64,000 bases of DNA from Antedon mediterranea (taxonomy: Eukaryota; Animalia; Echinodermata), in contig NC_092680.1 in the NCBI RefSeq assembly GCF_964355755.1, positions 4,650,001-4,714,000 of the forward strand. Direction: 5' to 3'. Below are positions 41,086 to 52,500 of this stretch, in pieces; the stretch's first letter is position 1, and each line of letters opens with the position of its first letter. A model generated the notes under the pieces. That model saw only the letters and a list, made by a program, of their open reading frames with translations. It was not told the DNA's origin and made no database searches. The translations under genes and the position numbers were made by a program.

Positions 41086-41754
41086 TTTTACTGTGGTAGT
41101 GGTAAATTCAGTACAGTACCGATTATCGCATTGATGATGACATAATTTTAATGTTGAAATATTTAAATGTATTTCATTGCTTGGAGTATTAAATATAATT
41201 CCATACTTGACTTTTGTATCTTTATAATGATCATATTCTGGGACTGTATAGAACTCTCCAAAGAGAATACTTATAATACAGATATGAGGCACTTATTATT
41301 ATACAGTAATCTGCACTATAATATTTTAATACATAGTATAGTATATATTATTATTGTTTTAACATAATATTAATAACTATTGGCTGCGATTTTTCTGATG
41401 ACTAATTATCTTGTATGTATAAATAATAAAGGTACACATATTGGTATTGGAAGAAAATAGCTCTCTCTTAACTAATGTTTTCTATAATGTGTGAATGTTT
41501 TCATTCAGACGGTGAAAAAGTTGATTTTTGTAATGTAAACAATATCATAATTTAATAGTAAATTGTTATGAGTATTAATTATAAAGTCGCAAATATCTTT
41601 AGGAATATTTTTATAACCATGAATTTATATAAGATTTGATCCAGTATTCTAAATGTTTAGATTTACCAATGGTATAAGAATGTTACATGGCTGAAGTGAC
41701 TATTTTATTCATAGCTACCTGAAGAAATCACACTAACTTAAGTTGTTTAACTTA

Positions 41755-41838
41755 AGCTCTGTCTACACTATCAAAATGTATGTGACAAAAAAATGTGACA
41801 CGATGATGATTGTATATATCACCACCATATTTGTCAAA
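41755..41838. mobile_element. MITE family B partial copy
   Basis: AGCTCTGTCTACACTATCAAA...ATGTGACAAAAAAATGTGA...CACCATATTTG. Confidence 0.65.
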
Positions 41839-44209
41839 CAATTATGTTACACAGTCATGTGTGTGAAGAGTATGGTGAATGATTAGACAATTTTTACTCA
41901 ATTTAACCACTTTCATTCAATTCATATACCCTCTCCTTTTCTAAGAACAAACGGAATATTGGAGCTTTGCAAAGATATAAATAGTATCTTGATGTTCATT
42001 TACAGTAACATTTGAACATCATTTATCGAAAGACATTCTGACTATTCTGGTACCAAATCTATTTTCCGTATGTCCATCTTTCTATTTATTTATTATTGTT
42101 CTAAGTAAAAATATGTAATGTCGTTTTGAATGTTTTTAAATCAAAATGTTTATGCTATTTTATCTAAATTAATCCTTGAAAGCTAAACCACCTTGTGCAT
42201 AAAAGAAAGCCATCCAAAATTTGTGCTAAAATTATAATCTAAAATTTCAAGAGCCTTAATATTCAATAGCCTAATATTCGAGAACCTTAATATTCTAGAG
42301 CCTTAATATTCAAGACTAGAGGTACTCTATAAAAACTAGATTTGAACTTGTCACTTTGACGAGTTATTAATTATAATTACAGCCAGCCTGCCTACCAATA
42401 ATGTACTTTTTGAAATTTGATTTGTCAAAGTTCAAATGTGAACGGAACAGTATAAAAATATTAAATGACTATTTCACATAGTACTGTATCTCTTGGCATG
42501 CTTGCAGTTATACAGTTTAAATAAAATTTAAGGGGTGGGATTATATACTTGGATTGCATTAAAATGGTTTAGTATCTGAAATCTAGCTTAAATTAGGGGT
42601 GGGATTATATTCAAGCATGGGATACATAATATACTACAGCACATTGAGCGCATGCTTACTATTATATTATATGAGCTATATAAGAATGAAAGTTACAGGT
42701 AAATTTTGGGAAATTGGTGATAAAATGTCACTGTAATTTTAAAAGAAATGTGGATAAAATAAAATATATTGTGCTTAATACAGTAATTGGTTTGGTAATA
42801 ATTTTAATTTGTTTGTGATTTTGGCTTGTACGTTAACGCAACAATAATTTATTTTTATACATTTACCCTAATTGAAAGAATTATTGTTATTTATTTAATA
42901 CACTTCTACTATATACTTGATATTAATACCTTGATACTTGCAGCACTACATTCATTTTTTTAGATTAAATGTATAAATTATGAAATATTGTACCATATTT
43001 ACCTTTTTATTTTGTAATACTTGTTAGAGAATTGGTAAAAGCAAATAAAAAAATTTTATCTTATTCATATTCTGCAATACAGTGTCATGGATACATATAT
43101 ATCACATGTGTTGCCTTTATTATGCTACTGATGGTAATACAGGCATCACATGTGAAAGACATTTGGTCTGTATTACAGAATGTGCCTGTTAAACACTAAA
43201 CAAATAAAAGATACAGTACAGGGAAGGCATGCTTTTCAAAATATATTATAGTTGTAGTATTAAACGTTTTTAATTAATTTAAAGCAGTATTTTTCCGTAT
43301 AATGAAAACTATCTCGGATTATATTTAATTTTCCTGATGAAATGTGACATTGAACTATACAGTAATTAATTTTCGACAATAAATAATTATATTACGTCGT
43401 ATGATTATCTTCGTAGCTTTGTGTAAGGTAATTGATTTACAATGTGGCAATGTCATGATTTTGATTAAACCATAATTTAATATTAGATGCAGACTTATTC
43501 AAGGTGAAAATGTTGTCATCAATCAATAGGCTTATTAATGTACAGATAATACAACTTGCCTTATTACAGTTTTAATATTTAGACTATAGTGTTGTTATAG
43601 CCAATCATGTATTTTATATGTAATGTGTGCGTAAGTATGAATATTGATGACGTTGGGGGCGCTTTTTGGTTATATAAACACGACTGCTGCTTATGTGACG
43701 TTATTCTACAGTATGTATTATGATAACGAAATAAAAACATTTTTTACAAATTCGGTATAATCATGATCTTTCTTTATCGTGTCCATTGGTCGATGACAGA
43801 ACGTTTAAATTGTCTAAATTTGTAAATATAGGTATGACATGCCATGTGTGCAAAAGTGTTGGGATTTTGTGTACAAATATATTAAAGCTGAATTACTTTC
43901 TAGAAACTAGGTATTCTGTCCATATCCCATAAAACATGTGGCAGTTACAAACAAATAGGGGAAAAAAATTTAACTGAAAACAAAATATTAGTTATTTTAT
44001 AATTTAATAAAATGCATATTTATTTTTCAATCGAGGATGTACAAATCAAGGAGTGGGAAGGAGATATATAGTATAAATTCTACACTTACTCAATATTTGC
44101 ATCTTTACAACAATAAAATTTAAGTAAAACTACATCTTTATGTTAAATATAACCATCAAATTCAAATTACTTATGTCAAGAATGTACACTGTACTAACAA
44201 CATTGGTAA

Positions 44210-44433
44210 AGCTCTGTCTACACTATCAAACTTTATGTGACAAAAAAAATGTGATGTGCCCATATGGACATGATGTCATATCACTACCATATTTAGGCAT
44301 ATCACTACCATATTTAAGCATATCACTACCATATTTAAGCATATCACTACCATATTTAAGCATATCACTACCATATTATGGCACATGATACTTTTTTTTC
44401 AAACTACTGTAGTTTAATAGTGTAAACAGAGTT
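44210..44433. mobile_element. MITE family B copy
   Basis: Both TIRs, about five 21-mers; the right TIR carries TACTGTA at 44405-44411 where other copies have TA. Confidence 0.8.
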
Positions 44434-45141
44434 TAAATATCTTTAATATCAAAGAAACAGTGTCTATCAGCTATTAAACAAACGTATCAAAACAACAAAA
44501 TAATTAGGTACAAACAATGTACAGTTAACAATATAATGTACAGTGTATTTAAAATCAGCTGATTTCTGTTTACTTACTTATTTTCTAATCTAGTGATGCA
44601 TACTGTAATTTATTTTGAAATTTCAAAATTATTTTTTTAGGGTAAAAGTAATAGTTTTTTTTCATTGAAAAATACTAGTTATAACATTGCAAACTTGAAT
44701 ACAGATAAAAATACACTAAAGTTGTCATTGCAAGAAATATATTATAATGTGTCTCTTGACTGAAAACACTTGCATCTGATGTTCTATTTTAACATGAACG
44801 AGCTAAGAATGTAACACACAAGTATATTATTGCCATTTCATTCACAGGAGAACGCGATTTTAGTAACACCATTAATTAATCATAATAATTTATGATTCTT
44901 GATTAAAATAATTGATAAAAAACATACTGGACAATTTGGAAAAGGAACCCCTCCCCATGACCAACATCCAGGTGTCAAATTCAAGTTTGAATCAACTGGA
45001 AACAATTAAAACCAGTAAAGTAAACTAGTTAATAACCAAATCACAGTTAAACCAGTTAATTCCTACTAGTTTTACTGTTAACCTTGATTTTTTAACTGGA
45101 ATTTTCTTACGGGCCTCCCTCAATCCTGAATACGGGCCTTA

Positions 45142-45967
45142 TTAGGAAAATTCTTTGCACAATTCATCAACAGATTTTTCTGAATGAACTAACGCAGACC
45201 ATAACGCCTGTAACCGCTTCTTGACCTCTTTTTGATCCTCAGCCGCACAGTCCAACAAAATCGCTTGAAAGTGGTAATCTAATGTACCATCACCATCCGT
45301 CGTACATGTATTAAGGTACCGCGTTATTTTTTCACGTGTTCCCGGTGTATCCGACTGTATATCTGCCTTTAGTTTCTTCAGTATATCTTTGATTTTCAAT
45401 ATTGCCTTTTCTTGGTGAGTACTTCTCACGGTTATCACACTCAGTTCGACAGTGATGCACCGCTTGCACAAACGGTCTATGTACAATTCTAGTTCGTCTT
45501 TTTTCTCTGCAAAACAAAAATAAAATAAGTATTATAGTTAGTGTAGATAGTGCTAGGACATTTTTACTATTTTGTTATACAGTTATGTATGTACCTGTAC
45601 TGAGTCTGTACCTTTATTGTTAGAGGAATCATCATTAATTGTCATAATCATAATTTAATAGGGGCCTACTGTATTACTATTAATACTTTTTATTTTTAAA
45701 TTAGAATAATAACAATCTAATACGTATTTACTTTTACGGCCCTTGCTTACCCTCTGTTAAATCACTTATTGCCTGGCTTTCTGATACTTTATTTATTTTT
45801 TCTAAAATTTCCTGTTTATCCTCTTGGAGTTTTTTGGCTGTGTCCCTAAAGGATTCAACTTGTTTTTCCAGTTCATCCAATGTAATTAGCAAGTAATCAA
45901 AAATAGGATCGTCGCAAATTGCCAACATTTTTTCATCGTTTGGTTTTGATGAGTTCTTATAAGCCAT
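45142..45967 (-). CDS. BAG2: BAG family molecular chaperone regulator 2, 2 coding exons, ~193 aa
   Basis: Exons 45967-45751 and 45506-45142 (GTAAGC donor, TTTGCAG acceptor, phase 1; 582 nt). LLITLDELEKQVESFRDTAKKLQEDK coiled coil; RCITVELSVITVRS; YLNTC...DYHFQAILLDCAAEDQKEVKKRL matches the BAG2 domain. Confidence 0.92.
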
Positions 45968-46560
45968 TTTCCCCACTTGACCCTTTTGTAATGCTTGGAT
46001 AGAAAAACAGATAAAAAATATTAAAAAGTGCTTATAAACATGAATTTTAGTTGGTTCTTATTATTTTAAAACATCAACCTAGGCAAGGCCTACCTGCCAA
46101 AAATTCCCAAATATCAAAAAGACGACCAAGACGTAAATAATGATTCCGCCCTCTAACTATATACAAATGTCTCGATCACATTATAAATGAAAAATTAAGT
46201 AATATATCTGATTTAATTAATAAAAAGTACCTTTCTTTTATAAAAATAGATATAATTTCATATATTTTTTATTTAATTATTACTTTTTCAGTATATTTGT
46301 TTTGTATGAAGTAACAACATATCATTATAATTTAACGCAATATTTTCCGATAAAGAAGGAAGATATTCAAACGATTACTAACTGTGTCTATTTCCACGTG
46401 GTTAACGTAATATTATACAGATAGATTAAATTTAATCCGTTCAAATAGCTAGGTACACAATTTGTGCAGACTAAACGTTAAACGCTAGATCGCCGTGGCC
46501 GCCCGTGTGAAAGTTTTGGAGTTTTCACTTTTCTATACTATTACTACAAATACTTAAAAT
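45968..46560. promoter_or_regulatory. Bidirectional promoter region between BAG2 and USP14
   Basis: Head-to-head ATGs 594 bp apart; CpG-containing; CCACGTGG E-box at about 46394-46401; ATGATTCCGC (ARE-like) at 46140-46149. Confidence 0.7.
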
Positions 46561-49500
46561 ATGCCTATCTTCAAAGGTTTGTTTGTTCATAATTAAAAAG
46601 TCATGCATTACGTATGCCTGGGGAGAAGTATTAGTTAGGCCAAGGCCTATAGGCTAGAGACTTTTATAGTTTAAACTTTAGTAGCCGGCCTGTGACCTCG
46701 GTCCTCGGACGGAGCTACACTCACCGCCACTCTTCTCTGCACGTCACGTCACGTCTGTGCATGAGTTTGGCTGGCCTAGGCCTAGACCCTTTTATTAATT
46801 TAAGCGCTATTGCTGTTTCGCTAGGCCTACTACTACATTAGGCTAGGCCCTAGGTTAGATAAAGGCCTAGCCTAAAAACTGTTTCATACATTTATTTCAG
46901 ATTTGAAATTTTAACACAAAAAAAGATCTCTCACTTCACACAAATAATTATTATAATAAATAGCCCTAGGCCTAAGTACTGTAGTAATAGTAGTGTTATG
47001 CGCGATTTGAACGATTTGCGCAATTTGAAATTGCGCAAAAAAAATCCTTGCGCAATTTGAATTGAAACATGTGTTTCAAATTGAGCAAGCAACGTATTAA
47101 ATTGCGCAAGTAATCTGCAAATTGCGCAAGGTTTTTCGACAGATTGTGAAATCATGTACACCCATATTTTTATAGTAATTTCTAAGAATGATTCAAAATT
47201 AAAGATAAATATCGCATTTCCTTATTTTAGTAGTGCAAATATTGTTATAAGTTAGCATACCGTCGAAGAACCGACGAAGCAAAACGAAGCGGTGGTGTTC
47301 CACCAGGCGGGCACGGCGCGGGCGGCCGGCTATACTACTCTAGCCTAGCTAGGGTCTGGACTACTGATACTGACTAGGTTACATGGCCTAGCTTAAACTA
47401 ATATTAAAAACTTAAAAATTGAGTATTAAACATTATCTTCATTGAAATGGTCTTATTTATATAATAAAATACTAAATTTTAAACTCCTCTGCCTAGGCCT
47501 AGCCTACCCATGTATGGGAAAATTTACAGTTCGTTTTCAAAATGCGCAAAGGTGTCATATTGCGCAAGAACTATCTTGCGCCATTTACAAATTGTGCAGC
47601 GCAATTTAAAATTGCGGAAAGATTTTCTTGCGCAATTTGAAATTGCGCAAGTTGATTGCGCAATTTGAATTTGCGCCAAAAAATCCTTGCGCAATTTGAA
47701 ATTGCGCAAGAATTCTTTGCGCAATTTCAAATTGCGCAAGGATTTTTTTGCGCAATTTCAAATTGCGCAAATCGTTCAAATCGCGCATAACAGTAGCCTA
47801 TGTCTACTACTAGACTAGGAGGTAGGCCTAGGCCTAAAACTGATCCGTAATTCAAGTTTGTTTTTAAACCACCAGAGTTTCAGACATAAATAAGGGTAAG
47901 GCCTAAAAAAAGCCTGGAGAGGCTAACAATTTTTTTTTAAATCTAGTAAACGTGAAATGGGGACGAGAGAAATTTGAGAAGGTAGAATGTAACACAGATG
48001 AGCCGCCGGAACTCTTTAAAGCACAGCTGTTTGCACTATCAGGTGTGCAGCCTGACAGGCAAAAAGTGATGTTGAAGGGCGCTGTACTGAAGGAAGAGAA
48101 CTGGGGAACGTTTAAATTGAAAGATGTAGGTTTACTACTTAAACAATTATGCATTTGTCTACAAGAATTGTTTTTATTTGTTTTTTGATAAAAAGGTGCA
48201 GTACAGTATTCAGAGCCGAATCCATGATTGTTAACGGCGAGTGCATAATAGGCCTACAGTATAAAAATGAATAGTCTGTCAAAATGAGGTAGCTGTGCCC
48301 TAGGTCTCACTCTCCTGGATCCAGCACAGCATTACCTTGTCAGTAACACAAGGTTACTTTATTTCCTCTCAAGTTTTTTTTTTTTTTTTATTCTTTTACT
48401 GGCCAATATATTCATACCAAGTAAACACACTTTGAATTTGAAAATTAAATTACATATTTATATAACCATTTTCATTAAGTTTATGGAAGATAAACTGGTA
48501 TGTTTTAATTATATTTTAGGGAACTACATTTCTGATGATGGGAACTGCCGATGAGCTACCAAAAGAGCCACTTCAGAAGACCATGTTCGTAGAAGATATG
48601 AGCGACCAACAGTTAGCAACTGCAGTATGTGTATACAATAAGACTTAATAATAAATACTAAAGTTGGCTATTTATCTAACTGTAGTTTAATATATCTATC
48701 AAGTACAGTGTGTAAATTTCCTGGTACTCAAACATGGTATAATGCTCTGCCTACACTATCAAACTTTATGTGAGAAAAATGTGTGCTGTGCCCAAATATG
48801 GTAGTAATATGACATCATGTGCATATATGGGCACATCAAATATTTTTGCCAGTTTGACAAAGCTTTATATTATACAACTCAGTCATATCCAAATATTTGA
48901 GAATCAATTTCTTTTTCTTATTTTCGTTTAGCTCAACGTTCCAGCTGGTCTAGAGAACCTTGGCAACACTTGCTACCTGAACTCAACTCTCCAATGTTTT
49001 CGAAGTGTGCCTGAACTACGAGATTCTCTCAAAAAGTATGCATCGCTAAAAACTTTTTTTTATTTATTCAAACAAAGCTTTTTTAAGGCCTAAAATTATG
49101 TAGTCGACTATCCCAATAAAGAACTCTCTGAAAACCAGATACTCTCCCAATATCACACTTTTCTCAAGGTTCAAAGGTCCCAAATTCTTTTTTTACAATT
49201 AAAAACGTATTTCAAATACCAAACCTTCCGGAAAACCAGACATATTAGGCCAGCCCAAAGGTGTCTGGTATTGGTAGAGTTTGAACTTTTAACTTGATTA
49301 TGTTAAACAGTTATGACTTTTATGATTCTATTATAAATTTTGTTACAGGTTTTCTGGTAGGATAAACCCATCAGTAGTTGATATTCAACCAGCAGAATCC
49401 ATAACGTCCAGTATTCGGGATCTCTTCTTGCAAATGGACAGCACCTCACAAGATGTGCAGCCAATCATGTTACTACGGTTAATGCATCTGGCATTCCCAG

Positions 49501-52500
49501 AATTCGCAGAAAGGGCAGAAAATGGTGCTCTTAAACAGCAGGTAAAGTAACTGTATTAACAAAAAAACAATATAATTAATATAAATTCTGTTCAATAAAC
49601 AATAACATTTTAACTACATAATTCCTGTTTGATATCCCTATCTATTTATAAATTGTTATAGCACCCTCTATTGTTTTTTCATAAACATGGGCCCTCTGTT
49701 AGATAAAATGCAACATAGCTTTGTGTGAATATTTATTTTGTTATTTATTTATTTTGTTATTTATTTATTCATTATTGTCTTTGAAATGTGCTTATAAAAA
49801 CACTTTATCATAATTATATACAATAAATAAATGTTCATAATTATATACAATAAATAAATGTTCATAATTATATACAATAAATAAATGTTAAAATGTTGTA
49901 CCTACTAAATATTCAATTAATATATTAATATATTTATCTTATATTAAATACTACCTTTTTATTTCTATGTCTGCAGGATGCCAATGAATGCTGGATCCAA
50001 TTATTCCGTCAACTTGAAGACCAACTCCCGGCAATCACAGCACCTGCACAAGAGGAAGGCGGAAGTGCCGTTGCTGCTGCAGCTCCATCTCCAAGGTCAA
50101 GTTTTATGAAGCAATATTTCGGTGGTGAATTCAAGTGCAGGTAAGTACATTATCCAGAGGTCCCAAGATTTTGTCCTACTGTTAAAATGAATCTGAGAGT
50201 CTTAGTCTATTTATGTTTGTTTATGTATAAAATATTACGTATATACATAATTATGTAAGAAAAATGTCTAAAAGACCTTTCATAAATGTTTTGATGATTT
50301 CTATTGAACTATGATTGAATAGAATACTTAATTAAAATTACAATAAAACCTTCTATAGGACGCCCCTACCTTTGAAATGAAAAAAGAGTGCTATATGGTT
50401 TTACATTATAGTGAACAACCAGGAGTCACCGCCTATTCAGGGGACACTTTGTTGGGTCAGGAAGGTTACCCCTTAATAGAGGTTAAACTGTATCTTATGG
50501 TATATCATCAGTAATAATTTCCTGAAATGTAATCTTTTAACTTGCCAACCATGTACAGTATGCAACAGCGTGAATAACCAGGAATCTTTGTTGGGTCACG
50601 AAGGTGTTTCCTTAATAGAGTTGTATGTTATGGTTTATCTATAACTAAAAATTAAGTGATCTTTTAACTTGCCAACCATGCATGTACAGTGGGAAGATCC
50701 AGTATTTTGAAATAATAGAGGCCCAAGGCCTAAAAAGTGTGGAGTTTTTTAAGAAGTCTTTTAATATAACCTAATGTCCCTATACAATGTAAATCAAGAA
50801 GTAGGTGATATTAATGATTAAGAATTTGCATTGCTTTTTTTTTTCAACTTAGTTTAAAGTGTGATGAGTCCGAGGAAGAACCAGTCAAGTATTCCACTGA
50901 AAAGTTTTCCCAACTAAGTTGTTTTATTTCACAAGATGTTAAATACATGCACACAGGTCTTAAATTGGTACGTTTGAAATGATTATAAAACATGAAATAT
51001 ATTTAGAAATAAATCAACACAAGATATCTCAAATAATTCTGAATCATAACATTTCCATCAGCTATTAGTTCATTTATTTATTTTTTATATATTTAGGCAA
51101 AATGCCAAGAATAACCATAAGCGAATTCATTAACTATTATTCTTAAATGTGGCAATCCCATTAACAATACAAACATATATAAGATGCATCTACATAAACA
51201 AAGTCTTAATACAAGTCTTTGAGAGTGGACATATGACAGGGCTTGAACCCAGGACCCTTGAATTGGTAGCCAAGCATTATAACCACCAAGCCACAACTCC
51301 ACTCCACTTTAATACAACACAAACTAGAGAGGGTGCTCTTTAAAAGGAAAAAATATGTGTGTGATGTGCGACTAATAAAAGTTAAGGTGGCTGAGTTATA
51401 TAACATTATTTACTGTTTAGTCTTTACATTTTTTTTTTTTTCAGAAAATGAAAGAAAACATAGAAAAGAACTCGCCAACTTTAAAAAGAAATGCAGTATA
51501 CACAAAAACGGTAAGAATATATGTGTACTGTGCTGTACTGTTCGAAAATTGATTGTATGTTAGTAGTTAAAAGTTTTTTTTTACTTTTTTTGTGCAGTTG
51601 TTGATAAATAAAAATAAATGTCACTTCATTCATTCAATACATTATCTATTTTTCATAATTTTTTATTAAATCTTTTTTCTTTTTTTTTCTCTTGCAGTCG
51701 GTGATCAATAGACTTCCAGCATACTTGACCGTTCAATTTGTCCGCTTTTACTACAAAGAAAAAGAAAGTGTTAACGCGAAGATACTAAAGGTACTCAAGC
51801 CAAGATTTTTTTCTGTTAATGATATATTTTGATAAAATAGTTATTATAGTATTATTTAACACTGTAGACACTAACACAATAACAAACATTATTTGTATAC
51901 ATTACATGATTTTTACTTTGTCATACCATAGGGAAATCAATTACAAATGCAAAATTACTGCAGTACAACCTATAGCATTTACATTTCAACCAATGTAAAC
52001 TTACTGCAGTAATAACATTTGATCATCATTTCTTATAGGATGTTAAATTTCCAATGACCTTTGATGCATTTGACCTTTGCTCGGAAGAACTTCAAACAAG
52101 AATGACACCAATAAGAGGAAAGTTTAAAATTCAAGATGACAAAAGAGCGATGGAAGTCAGTAAGGTTAGTTCCTACTCTCAAGGAGAGGCCCAGTGACCC
52201 TAATGCTCTGATTTGTTGTTTAATTTGTTTACAGTCAACTGCTTTTAAGAGGACACCCTTGAGTCCTAACAAAGTGTCCTCTTGTGGGTTGGGGGTCCCT
52301 GAATAGAGGTTTCTTAAGGGGTTTTACCGTAATAAGATTTACTTCATTATTTCTTAAAGTTGATTTCTTATCACAATAGGCAAAAGCTGCAGGTAAAAAA
52401 GCACCAGCGGAAAAAGAGGACGTCAAATACCTACCCTATAACTTGGAAGATGGTGAGTGGGAAAGTCAATTATAACATTTAACTTAAGATTTTAAGATAA

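Noticed and set aside
46931-47788. ORFs with repeated LRNFKLRK / AQFEIAQ
   Set aside because: Translations of the Ginger-like element's subterminal repeats.
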